Shown piece by piece: positions 13,186-25,824 of a DNA stretch of 64,000 nucleotides (position 1 is the first letter of the stretch; each line of letters begins with the position of its first letter). Where the stretch lies: assembly GCA_008632985.1 (NCBI GenBank), contig QPGO01000096.1:62001-126000 (forward strand), in the 5' to 3' direction. This DNA comes from Psammoneis japonica (Eukaryota). Position numbers and translations under genes: made by a program. Below the pieces are notes generated by a model. It saw only the letters and a program-made list of their open reading frames with translations, ran no database searches and had not been told where the DNA came from.

Positions 13186-14064
13186 ATGCCATTCACTCTG
13201 ATCCATAACACTGACAACTCGTTGCAAGAGCAGCTTGAGAGCCATGGTGCGGAGCTAGCGGCTCATCAGTACCGGTTGATGTCCTGGCGTTCAAGCATTG
13301 GTGGAGGACCCGACGACTGGCCATCCACTGAGGAGGAACTCAAAGCGGCGAACTTTGGAGCAGATGCCGGGAAGGAGCTGTCTGCCCTCAAGGAAATGGC
13401 TCAACTTACGGCAGTCGAGAAGCAGCTTATGGACTCCAATATTTCTGCCGGTCTCAAGGTTTTGGCGTCCCGCTTTCGCCACAATCTCGGCATTCCTGAG
13501 CTGCCCAACGACATTTATGAAAAGGCGATAGCATCGATCCCCGAAGAACTTAGCGGACCATACGGTTTTGAAGAGTTGGATTTGGAGTATTGGCTCGATT
13601 ATTACCCCGTCTTGGACAAGTACACCGCGACAGCAATCCTCAAGGAATCCGACACGGACCTTTTCCCAAACTTTTACATGTTTGCGGTTGGGGCACACTT
13701 TGTCTCACAGTCGTGGTCTGATGCAGAACTCAAGAAGTGGTACACGTATGAAGGATTTCTTTCCACCCATCGTCCCGTTTGGCCCACCAACAACAAATCG
13801 GACAAGTTGGCTCCTACGAAACGTGCGAAACTCATTGCGCGCTTGACCTTGGACGTGGTCGACTATTCTCAGGGGAACTGTGCGCACTACGGGCATTTGA
13901 AGCGCACGGCTGAACTCATCAAGAATTTGTCCCTACAAGACCTCAACGAGCAAGCCGAACAAGCTGGAATCAACATCTTGGATCGCGACGACAAGGCCGC
14001 TTTGGTTGTAGCTCTTGTGGAACACATCTACAGTGATGTCATCGAGCCGGCGGTGACTGCCTAA
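13186..14064 (+). CDS. Single-exon hypothetical protein (292 aa)
   Basis: Open frame from ATG 13186 (MPFTLIHNT...) to TAA, with normal CpG/TpA content and globular-protein composition. No domain recognised. Confidence 0.7.
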   Translation: MPFTLIHNTDNSLQEQLESHGAELAAHQYRLMSWRSSIGGGPDDWPSTEEELKAANFGADAGKELSALKEMAQLTAVEKQLMDSNISAGLKVLASRFRHNLGIPELPNDIYEKAIASIPEELSGPYGFEELDLEYWLDYYPVLDKYTATAILKESDTDLFPNFYMFAVGAHFVSQSWSDAELKKWYTYEGFLSTHRPVWPTNNKSDKLAPTKRAKLIARLTLDVVDYSQGNCAHYGHLKRTAELIKNLSLQDLNEQAEQAGINILDRDDKAALVVALVEHIYSDVIEPAVTA

Positions 14065-14629
14065 AAGAGATCTGGACTCTTTTTATGCCGCATGATAGAA
14101 ACCATAGAATACATTTACTACCTGTAATCTGATTTGGGCGGATCTATAAACGTGTATTTTATTCAGGCAGAAACAAATGCTAGGAGAAAACCCCGCCGTT
14201 ATCCTTCTGCGTGCCTTGGCCGCGAGACAACAGGTCCAACGAAATGCTACGATTTTGACTTACTATGCTAAGAATCGTGAACCTTGTGCATCGAAGGCAT
14301 TTGAGATCCAAGGAATTTGTGCATGTCGAGAACAACTGCCAGAGTGGCAAAGGTGACATTGGAACACATGCGTGAGTCTGCAACTGACAACAACGAGAGT
14401 CGTCATCGCTCGGCGCTGCATCTTTCTAAAGTCTGTCGCTTGACTCACGACCGACTACCTTTCTGTTTTTCGACATTTCAAACGAATGCAACAGGAGCGA
14501 AGTTTGGTTCATACTCACTTCTCAATGCCGCTGGCGCTTGCGGGTCCACCAATGACAGAAACTACAGTACGTACTTCTTACTGTACTTTACATGCCAAAC
14601 GAGCCTCTGAAGGAATCATCTGAAATCTC

Positions 14630-14745
14630 TCTACGCTAGCTAGCTAGAGTAGACTCTCTACTCTAGCTAGAGTAGAGAGTAGCTACTACTCTACTCTAGC
14701 TAGCTGTCTAGTAGAGCTAGCTCTACAGTAGAGAGTATAGTATGA
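14630..14745. repeat. Low-complexity TAG/CTA/AGAG tract upstream of the helicase gene
   Basis: ctctctacgctagctagctagagtagactctctactctagctagagtagagagtagctactact... Confidence 0.8.
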
Positions 14746-14881
14746 TAGAGTCCTCACTTGGGTCCTCATACTCTCAGAGTAGAGGGACCGGCGCGATTGA
14801 TGGTAGCGCGGCAAAGGAAGATGGGCCGCCCATCGCCATCGCGCCATCGCCCATCAGAGCAACAAGAAAACACAATGAGCC

Positions 14882-17800
14882 ATGAAGGCCGTCGCGACAA
14901 AGAGGAGCCGTCCCCAGAGCCAAGGCTCTTCCGCGACGGGGCCTTCTCGGTCGCTTGCTGCTGTCTCTTCCCCTCCTACGACTGTGGAATTATGCGGTGT
15001 TCCGGTTCACTTCCCGTTCAAGCCTTATAAATGTCAAGAATCGTACATGGCGATGGTGCTTCAGGCTTTGCATAGAAAGGAAAACGCGCTCTTAGAATCA
15101 CCGACTGGGACTGGCAAGACGTTATGTTTGCTTTGCGCTACTTTAGCGTGGCAGAGGGAACAAGCGAGACTCCTTCCAGAGCAAAACGGGGCTCAAGAAC
15201 CTCTCCTGAATCCTGCAAATGCTTCTGCTACCGGTATTTCTCCCAAAGCTGCAAAAGTGCCTACGATTATTTATGCGTCCAGAACTCACTCCCAACTGTC
15301 TCAAGTGGTTCGTGAACTACGTAATACACGATATCGTCCCAAGCATGCAGTTCTAGGGTCACGTGACCAAATGTGTGTCCACCCCAAGGTGAAAACAGCT
15401 ACATCTACGGCTGCCGATGTGAATTTCGAGTGTGCCAAACTGGCCAAAGAACGAACTTGTAGGTATAGAAATCGTGTTGAAGGCTTTGTTCCACCCACCA
15501 ACGATGGCTCTTGTGCTAATCCTGAAACAACACAGCCCGTTATGGATATGGAAGATCTAGTTGCAATGGGGAAAGAGCATAAGGTGTGTCCGTTTTACCA
15601 CACAAGAGCTCAGGTGTCGGATGCAGAACTGATTCTAGTGCCATACAATTACTTGTTTGAAAAGGACGCACGACAAGGAACTCTCGCCGAAGTTCAATGG
15701 GACTCTTCTGTTGTTATTTTCGACGAAGCGCATAATCTCGAGTCCTTTGCCTCTGAATCGGCGTCCTTTGATATTACCGCTGTTGACATTGCCGGGTGTA
15801 TTGGAGAAGTCAACCGCGCCATGTCCTACGTTCAAGCTCATTCAGAACTCGCTGACCGTGTCCGTCCCGACAACTTATCCAAGCTCAAAGCCATGTTTCT
15901 GGGTTTGGAAGAATACATCATTCGGCAGGTTCCTACCACTCAATCGGCATTCGCCGGCGAGTACATTTTCGAGATATTTAACAAGGCTTGTGCCATTACC
16001 CATGCCAACCACCATTTCTTTCTACTAGAAGTGCAGAAGATCTCCGATATGATTATGGACATGAGCAGTGGTAGTAAAAGTAGAGGAACACCCAAGCTGG
16101 ATCATTTCTCGGGCTGTATCAAACGAGTCTTTGGGGAATCGACTCATGGTAGATGTTTGGCCAAGGCACGAGCTTATCGAGTTCACGTCACGCCGAGTCA
16201 AGCAAATAACAAGAATTCCATCCGAACCTTGTCGTATTGGTGTTTTGCGCCATCCTTGGCCATGCAGGAATTGGCTGATTTGGGAATTGGATCCATTCTC
16301 GTCACTTCAGGGACACTCTCGCCTTTGCCGAGCTACAGTTTAGAGTTGGGTCTGAACTTTCCCCACCAATTGGAGAATCCTCACATCATTCAAGATCACC
16401 AAGTCCATGTCCGAGTTATCGGAAAGGGCGTGAGTGGAAAACTCTTGACAAGCACTTACGAACGACGGGAGACTCTGAGTATGTTCTGGAATTGGGAAAT
16501 TCACTCGTAAGCCTTGCTCGCATCATTCCTGGAGGCATGCTTATTTTCTTTCCCAGCTATGGCGTCATGGAGAACTGTATAGGGCAGTGGGGTGGACCCA
16601 CGTCCTCGTACAAAGCCTCCAGGAATAAGGCTACCTTCTTTGCCAATCGACGAAAGCCATCCAATCAGAATCGATTCTCCTTTCCTCATGCTCCCAATTA
16701 CTACGCGTCTCATTCTAACGAACCACAAACTCCATGGAAACGACTCATGGCTCAAAAGGCCATTGTTGTTGAACCAAAGACAACGTCAGATCTCAGTGAG
16801 GCCATTAGTGAGTTTCACAAGTATTTGAACAAACCCAAGTCGAGCGGGTGTGTTCTCATGGGAGTCTGTCGAGGAAAAATCAGTGAGGGTATCGACTTTA
16901 CTGATGACATGTGTCGAGCCGTTGTTATCACTGGCTTGCCTTTCGCTCCATATTTAGACCCAAAGGTTAAACTCAAGCGAGAGTACCTGGACGGTGTCAA
17001 GGCGGAAAAAGGGATTCGTGCATCAGCTGATGGAGGGTTCGGCGCTAATTCGACTACCGACAACCCCAATACTTTCATATCAGGAGCAGAATGGTACTCT
17101 CAGCAAGCCCAGTAAGAAGTAGACCATTCAACTGACGTTTCTCAAAGCGAGTGCGCTCATCTGACACCCTTTCTGACATACTTTCACTTCCAACAGTCGA
17201 GCGGTCAACCAAGCGATCGGTCGAGTCATTCGAAACAAGTCGGATTACGGTGCTGTTCTCTTGTTAGATTCACGGTTTGGTGAACCACGAAATCAGATTG
17301 GTCTTAGCAAGTGGTTGAGACCACATATTCAAAGAGATGAAGGGTTTGGACGAGCCATTGGTGGCTTGGCGTCCTTCTACAAAAAGGCCAAGCGAGTTGA
17401 GACTGAGCTGAAGGCCCACCCCGTTCAGCCAATTGCGAATTCTGGAGGCGTTGTTCTAGAATACGAAGAAGAAGCCGCAGACACGTCAATGACCAACATC
17501 GCAATTATTCGATCTGTAGATGAAACAAATTCCGAAGCGGAGCAGGACCCTATGAGAAATGCTACTGGCAAGAATGAGAGTGACAATGGGTCTCTTTTTC
17601 GAGGCTACATACAACCGGGAAAAGTTCTTGCCCGATTCGACCTCAAGGACAAGGAAAACAAGGTACTTGGTCAACCTGGAGTCCAATGCGCTGATTCAAC
17701 CGCATCGGGTCCTGCCCCTTCCTCTCTGAAGGACGTGTACAACTCGTCTTCTAGCTCCGCTACAGGACGTCATGCGCAAAATAGAACCGACGGCAGAAAC

Positions 17801-19388
17801 CTTAAGAGTGCGTGGTCGTCCCTTGATGGCGCGAATCCTCCTCGAGAGGAGCGGAGCCACTCACAAGTACGGAACGAACGTCAGAAACAGAGTCATCGAG
17901 ATGGGACTTCCTCAGACAAACGTCCCAAGACATCTGCGGCCGATTTCTTTCACAAGGCAAGAACCGAATTAGGGTCGACAGACTTCTCCTCGGTCCGGAA
18001 GGTACTTGTCGCGATGAAAGCCTACGGCGACAAGAAGGACGTACGATCTTACATGCGCTCTGCTTGTGATTTGGTTAACGTACTCATTCGATATGACAGC
18101 TACGATTCTAGCAATCCAGACTTGTTGGGGTTGCTATCGCCTCTTTTGCCTGAAAAGCTCCGAAACAACATAATGACTTTCGCGTCGAAACGAAAGTTCG
18201 AGGAATCGCAGTTCCGTCGCATATGCCAAGATGCCCTTTCTAAGGAAGAACTCGCGACTGTGAGCGCCCTTATTCCTCAGCTTGCGAGTATTCAGACACC
18301 AGGGCTAACCCAATCTTTTACGAAGAAGCATGTGAAAGACGCTCAAGTGGTGTTAGAAGTACTTGGTGAGACTGACAAAAGACTTCTCAGAAGCACTAAC
18401 CAGAAAGGAAAACCGCAGCGTGCGTCACTTGTTGATAGTTTCCTAGGTATTATTCCAGCGCAAAATATCAACAGGTTTCAAGCGTTGGTTCATGAGCTTG
18501 CTGCATCGAAAGGAATCAAACGAATCAAGCAGGAAGAGGCGTACCGTACGGGCGAACGGAATGTCGAAGAGGCACGTTTCCGACGAACAGAATCGCCAAG
18601 AAAGACAGCAGTGAAGGACATTACGAAGGATACTTCGGAATCGAATCCAGAGAAACTCGAGGAGCGTCGAGAGATGGAGGCTGCCTTGATGCAAGCTGGT
18701 GAGGTCCAACGAGTGAAGCGCGAGCGAATCGAACAGCAGCGCAAGAATCCGATTGATCAAAATCGGCTTCTTGCCAATCCTTATAGGTCACAGAAAAAGC
18801 CGCGATTCGCGAGTGCAAGCTCAGGACCAACATCAACGTTGCTGAATGCGATAAAGCAGCGGGACGCTAAGAGTCGAACAACGAATGCCGAAGCTCCAAA
18901 CCGAGAAAAGCGAAGGAAAGACAGTGTCTCTCCGAAGAAGATTGACCCGGTTGACAGATGCCTTAAACAAGTTGAGTCAGATGCGTACATTGCATCTGCA
19001 TCGCATGGGGCTGCTGATATTGCAAGAAAGATAAAATCAAACGTTCCGAAAGGTGTCACTTGTACAGTCTGTGAAAAGTCCCCAAAAGAAGTGAGTAAGC
19101 GTCACACTACCTCAAAGTCTGTATAACTTCGCCTTCTCTTACCTTGCACTTTTTCGTTCGAAGCCCTATATGGCACCGTGTCACCACCATGCATGTCTGC
19201 ACTGCTGGCTGCAATGGCTCGGTAAGTCTAAGACATGCCCGGTATGTCGAGCGCCAGCTACCAAAGAGAGTCTTGCCAAAATGGTTTTTCAGACTGGCGG
19301 TGGCAGCGCACCATCATTGACGCAGCTTTGCGCATCTGTAGAAGACGAAGCTGATAGTTCTAGCGAAGAGGAACTAGAATTGATCTAG
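14882..19388 (+). CDS. RTEL1: RTEL1-like (Rad3/XPD-family) Fe-S DEAH DNA helicase with a probable harmonin-homology region and a C-terminal C3HC4 RING. Exons 14882-17111, 17197-19090 and 19164-19388; apparent 1-nt frameshift at ~16468
   Basis: FPFKPY, Walker A ESPTGTGKT, YASRTHSQL, Fe-S cysteines (C..CAKL..C..CPFY), DEAH, TSGTLSP, RGKISEGIDF, and motif VI QAHRAVNQAIGRVIR restored by removing GT-AG intron 17112-17196. RING CTVC..PYMAPCHHHACLHC..CPVC restored by removing intron 19091-19163. Confidence 0.85.
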
Positions 19389-19516
19389 CTGTTGAAAGAC
19401 GAAAGGAAGATAAATGCGGTAGGAGACTTGGGAGCACCTAAAATACTTTCCTGTGGAATGTAATGCCTCTTATAGAGATCCAATTATGCTGATTGATCAT
19501 GAAGGGGTCGACCTAC

Positions 19517-22500
19517 TTACTTCTTCTTTGAGCGGAACTTGCTTCGCAACCCACCGAAGCTCCTCATCGAACGAGAACTGCGGACACTCCCGACTTCACC
19601 TCCTGGAGTCGGCTTGGGAAGTCTACTACTAGCAGGCTTGGAGCGACCTGCCGACTGAACACCGTTCAACTGGTTTTCGTCATTTGTGCTGTCGCTGTGA
19701 CCACCTGAACTTGACGACTTGATGTTTAAAGCTGCGTCTCGCGGCGGACGAGAACTAGTACCATGGCGGAAGGAATCCCTCTCCTCAGAAAGCTTCTCCT
19801 CAAACGAAGGCTTATTCTCAATCTCCAACTTCCCACCAGTGAACAAAGGGTGTTCCAAGACTTCCCTCATCGACTGGACGCGTTGGTCAGGGTCATGATG
19901 CAAGAGTTTCCTCAACAAGTGACGGGCCACCTCATTCTCCTGGGGTACATGTTTGAGCGCCTTCCTCAGGCTGCTATCATCCCAAAGACCGACCTTACTA
20001 ACTTCCGAAGAACTCATGGCTCGCTTGCCTCGGCATGCATACGGGGAGAGTGGGAGACCAGCAATAGCCTCGTATACAACGACCCCATATGCCCAAATAT
20101 CGTACGTTGTGTGGGACGAGATCGAGACTACGCAGGCGGAGACATTCTTCTTACCAATCGCAGCGCGCTTGTTGTCAACTACGATAGCTTCTGGCGGGTG
20201 GTAAAATCCACGATTTGGATCTGTCGGTTCTCCAATCCTGACACTCCCACCGACTCCCAGCAACTTCCATCGGCTTCCAAACTTGCCAATATTGTGAGTT
20301 CCAAAGTCACCATGAATAAGTCCGTGCTCGTGCATGTGCAGCAGCGAAATACCAATCCTCTTTAGCGCCTTCTCGGGGAACTTTTTTCCGGACTTGCGAG
20401 TGTCCAGCATGAGATTCTCGGCGGTTGTATCGGCGCCTTCCATCGTGATGCAGTATCCAGGCTCCGCCATAGCCTCCGAGTACGCAGCATGCTGCACTGT
20501 GTGGTGGACACTAATAATGGCTGGCACATAGTGCCTCGACAGGTGGTAATCTTTTCGGACTTTCAGTTCACGTTCAACGACATCAGACCTTGAAGTCAAC
20601 TTCGCAATAACTTGTTGCCCCTTCTCTTTGCGAATTCGGCGCAGCTTGTCCTCGATACTCTGTTGGGACTTAGTGCTAAGCGTAGATCTCATGCTATTCC
20701 GAGATACCGCAGAGACCTGAGACGAATCGTCCCAATCTTCCACATAGTCATTGTCCCCGCCGTCGACTTTGTCATCGTGGAGCACCGTAAAGCCACTGCC
20801 TTGCTGCTTGGGTGGTTCGTAGCGCAGCGCATAAAAGATCTGCGTATCGCTCACTGGATTCGTGTACGCCGGTCGTTGATTCACGACTTCCAAAGTATTG
20901 AACAGACGGAGCATGACACGAAGCTCATGTTTGCAAACAGGCGAGGCGGCCGTAAGAGCAATCCTACCATCGGGACCCTCGACGTGCGCAAGGGCAAGCA
21001 CCTGGGGCTGCGTACAAGTTTGCAGGATTTTCGTTACAACCTGGTGATAGAGGTCGTCGGTGTTCGAGACAATGTGGTTCCACGAATAGTGGTGAGGGAG
21101 GAGCTGGGCCCGAACCTTTTCTTTAAGGTCGATCGGCATGTCACGCTTCAACAAATTGTGAACAATAAAGTGAGAATGCTCATTCTCAGTAGCGACCTGA
21201 ATGGGAAGCAAGCCAGTCTTCCGATCAACGGAAGTTGCAAGCTGTAGAAGGGGAACAAAGAGGCGGCTAGTGAGAATACGAAGAAGGAAACTCGATTTAC
21301 ATAGGCGACCGTTCCAACACGTACCTCTGGTGCATGATTGAGCAAGCCCATAATCGTCCTGTCGTCTGCATTGTGCTGGAACGCCAAAAAGAGCGGGCTG
21401 TGACCGTCTCCGTTTAGAACTCCAGCACCCTCTGGGAACTGCATGATAATCGTGTTGATCACTGCCGATCTGCATTGATTCTTGATTGAAATGTGCAGAG
21501 GCAGGTCTCCATTCATATCGGTTCGCGACACCGCCGAAGAAAAGCAAGTCAACAACGTCTTGACCACAACCTGATCAACGACTTCGCCACAACGAAGAAG
21601 TAGGTGTAGCGGAAGATCGCCGTTTTCGTCGGTCCTCTTGGCCGACGCAAAGTTCTCCGCAAGAAGAGCCGTGATGACACCGATAGAAGCATAATTGCGA
21701 CAAGCAATGTGAAGAGGAAGGCCTCCACCTGAGTTATTGGGAGGACGATACACCATCGTATAAGCACCTTCAGGAGACTTGGAGAGCAAGAACTTAACCG
21801 TATCTACGGCGTCAAACTCAGCGGCAACATGAATAGGAAGGCGTCCCTTTTTATCGGTGTCGTTGATTCCCTCCTTGTAGGCACTGTAGATAATCTCCAA
21901 GGCTGCCAAGTTGTCGTGGGCCGAAGCATGGTGGATGGGAAGAGCGCCCATATTATCTCTGTGGATAAGAGCTTTTGGATACAAAACGAGCACCATGTCG
22001 ATTAGAAGAGTCCAAGCCCCGTTGTGTCGCGCAATCATATGAAGCGGTAGTTCTCCGCTCTTGGGTTCAGGGGCCTCTGATAGCTCTGGATGCTTGTCCA
22101 GCACACTCTCAACCATCGCCCAGTTCTCCTCTTGAATGTGATGAAATAGCTCCTGTTGCATATCAGAAGAAACGGCAAGGGCGTCCGTAGGAGTAGGAGG
22201 GGGCAACGAAGGCGTGATTTCGCGCTGAATCGGTTCGGGCGATTGGAACATTACAACCGGCGATCTGACTTTCTGTTTGACTTCCTCTTCTTCCACGGCC
22301 TTAAGCAAAGCCTCACGTGTCCGACCACCCCGATAGATCGCTTGCATTGCAGTCACTGCCATCACAATATCTTGTTCTGTCATTGTGTTGGATTCTTGCG
22401 CAATGAGCTGCATTCTGTGGTTTCTGTAGGAGCGCTGGATCTTAGTTGCAGCATTCGAACGCGTACTGACAATGCTATCCACAGACTTTCGCGCGGAATG

Positions 22501-25500
22501 CCCTCTCCATAATTTCTGCACCGTAGTCGCGGCACCATCCGTTCTCATCCGGCTCGCCCGCATGGCGGAAAGCTTCATGCGGAGGATACTTTGAATCATA
22601 ATAGCTGCTCCCTTCATCGTGAGGAAGTACGTGCGAACAATCTTGCCTCGAACAATCTTCTGAATCGCACTCGCAGCAAAGAAGAATTTGTCAGACCTCA
22701 GCGCCTCGATTCTGTCAAACGCTTCACGTCGGAGAAACACCTTTGTGCGTCCTAGCTGTAGACCAGCGACCGCACAACGGGAAGCAAAGTCCAGGGACAT
22801 AAATTCCTCTTCGGAGGTAGGACGAGCGACATTGCGCCCCTCTGTTTTACCTCCTCTCGAAGTTCTGCCGTTGCTGTCCCTTTTCTTTCGTTGCTTATCT
22901 TCTGGCGTCTTTACTGAACTTTCGACAACCAAGGAAAAGGCAGGACCTCGTGGACCTGTCATTTGCTTCGTTTGCTGATCGGATTGCCGCTGTTTGAAGC
23001 GATAACGGAATGAAAATGTCAGCGACACGAATCGATTCAACCTTTAATTCGAATATTCAATAGTAACTTACATGAGCATATTTCGGAGACGACAAGAGAG
23101 TTTCTCTACGCTTCTCCTCCATCTCCAGAAGCGCAACAATGTGCTGATGGTCGGCTTCCCACAAATCAAATGCAATTTTCGAAATGAGACGCTTGAGCTC
23201 GGACACTTGTTCGGTGTTGGACCGAGGCGAAAACATGGGAGACACAGGGCTAGTATCTTCAAAGTCACCAAGGATGTAGTATCGAGCCATAAACACATCG
23301 TGGGCGTATCGTGTTGGGTAGCCTGCACGACTTACACGGACAGCTTCCAGTACACCTCCACAACGAAGCTGTTCGACAATGTTTTTGGGTTCAAAGTAGT
23401 CCGGAACTAACTCATCGTTCGGTTTGAGGCAGCGAATGTAGTGGGGTACGGTAGTGTCAATCCTCGCACGAAGCGTACGCAACTGCTCGGAGAATTGGGC
23501 ACCAACAGACTTGGTGGCAATTGTGCCGCGTCCCTCGCGATCTTCAGATCGGACATACTTTTGAATGTCCGAGATGAGGTGAAAGTCCGAAGACGTCAAC
23601 AGGTCAGCGGAGGCAGCAGGAAGCTGGTCCTTGTTCTTTTCGAGCCATGAATCCGTCGTGTACTCTACGTAACCGGCGTAGTGTTCAATGCTAAACTTGT
23701 AGTCCACGCGTTGCGACGAAGTTGCGTGAAATCTAGGATGAGAATCGCACCGACCGTAAATGTACCGAGTGAATTTCTGATCCGTACTCTTTGGAAGGAT
23801 ACATTGCTCATCAAGGAGAGCGAGAATACCCCTGTGCTTCTTGTCAATCAAATCAAGGACGTCCTGGTTGTCGGGGAACGAAATGAACTTCCACAGGATT
23901 CCCTCCTTCTCGTATTCCACTTGTTCAATCTTGAAGACAAACTTGTTGAACTGCTGCTGCAGAGCTTCGTTCGTGTAGTTAATACAGAGCTGCTCATAGT
24001 TATTTATGTCAAAGGTTTCAAAACCAAAAATATCAAGCACACCGATGGATGCTTCAGAACGCATGGACGGGTCCTCCTCGATACTATCGTTCACTCGTTC
24101 GACAATATAGTCAAACGCCGCGCCATAGACGGCCTTGATCAGGGCCTCGCATGCCTTGGTCGATTCGTCAATATGAAGCGGCTTATGCACAATCTCATTT
24201 CCAGCCAGAATAACTCGGGTGGTTAGAGAGGCAGCGAGCCCCTCAACGCTCACACCCAAGAGCGCCGCAGTCTTCAAAGCAGCTTCTGTCTCATCCAAGG
24301 TGCAGGACTCTCCATCCTTAGAGGCGGTGAACGTAATGTTACCAGCAAAGAGGACAGCCATGACAAGGCGCATAAGAGCCTGAACGGTTTCTGGTGAAAA
24401 GCCAATCGTAATCTGAACAAGTAAGAGAGTTTTAGAAAAACAAATTAGTCGAGAAACAAATGAAGAAAAGAAAAAACGCGACGACAAAATCCACTCACCA
24501 TTGCGTCAAGCATTTCTTGATGCGTCACTTCATCGCTCACACCGTCGCGGCGATCATACGTCCCACTCTGATTAAGCAATTTGAAATCTTCGAAGTGAAG
24601 GTTGTCAATGTAGAATTGCTCCCTCTCCGCCTTGGTAGCGCTGGAGAGAAACTGATAAAAGACGTGGTAGTTCCGTTCTCCTGCTGCTTGATGGATGAGT
24701 CGAACCTTTTCCAATAGATAAGTTTCAATTGAAGCGCCAGACAGCTTTCCAGACCTTGTGAAGCTAATGTCAATATATTTTCCAAAGCGGGAAGAGTTGT
24801 CGTTGCGGATCGTCCTTGCATTTCCAAAGGATTCAAGAATCGGGTTGCTCTGCAAAACTTCCTGTTCGATACTGACGTCTTCGACAGCCCCCTTGGGAGA
24901 CTTACGGGGCGAACTGCTTTGCATTTCAGCTCGCTTGCGTGAAAGCATGGCAAAGTAGTTCATGACAATCTTGGTCGTGACCGTCTTTCCCGCGCCACTC
25001 TCCCCAGAAACCAAAATACTCTGATTGGTCGGATTGTCTAGGAGGGCAACTCGACCCTTGCCTCTTGATACCTGACGTGACTGTCCCATCAGTGCAGAGT
25101 TCTCAAGTCCCCTTGTCATTGCACGGTATGCATCATCGGCAGTCTGGTATACGTGTGGTGGAAGCCTTTGATGAGACACATCTCTTCTACTGGGACGACG
25201 CTTAAAAGGCGTAACCATCCCGTCGACCCCTTTCTCGGTGTTTGCTCCGACCCCCTTCTCCCCCTGAATTCTATAGCGATCCATCATTTCAGACGAATAG
25301 AGACCCATTGGTTTGAACGGGTTGACCGCAATCAGGATGGGACCTGTGGCTGTGTAGATAATATCCGCATCGTACCTGAGTCGCAGGGCGTGCAGAATAG
25401 CAGGTTCGTGTAAATGCGTTAGCCCAATCAAATCGTCGACTCCTCCAACCACTGATTCGTCTACTTTGTTGGAAGGACTCGCAATAACTCCCGCTTCTGG

Positions 25501-25824
25501 GTCCTCTCCCGCCAGATGGAAGCTCGTAGGCAAATTTCTCAGCTTAATGTCGTCGTGATCTGCAGTTTTGAGCTGTTCTGGATCCACCGTCACCACCACT
25601 TCGAACTGGTCTCGCTCATCGTAGTAACTCGAGCGCTGTCGAGCAATACTCGGTCTAGAAGGAGTCATACCCATTGTCATCTCAATGTTTGGGTCGTCCC
25701 TGAGGGTCAGGTTAAACATATCAACTCCCTGCACCGCAACTGGTGTTTTATCCGTAATAACAGCCGGCACCCATCCCCAGTGAGATCCGTCAGAGCGGAG
25801 CCATACGTGCGCTCCTACCTCCAT
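19517..25824 (-). CDS. Myosin heavy chain: motor, IQ neck, ankyrin repeats and a C-terminal protein-kinase-like domain. Exons 25824-24499, 24412-23072, 22989-21325 and 21241-19517
   Basis: P-loop GESGAGKT, switch I NDNSSRFGK, switch II DIFGFE, QLRCGGVLEAVR, GLQLGRTKVF, IQ motifs (IQKIVRG, IQSILR, VQKLWRG, IQRSYR, MQAIYRG), ankyrin G.LPLH repeats, kinase-like IHGD..HN and DIWAYG. Three GT-AG introns preserve the frame. Confidence 0.92.

Noticed and set aside
12715..14300. 15-bp near-identical direct repeat ccttgtgcatc(a/g)aag at ~12719 and ~14282 flanking the orphan ORF
   Set aside because: No extended similarity on either side; too short to call an LTR or TSD.
19763..24226. Long plus-strand ORFs (19763-20365, 20612-21247, 23681-24226)
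   Set aside because: They are antisense shadows of the myosin coding sequence.
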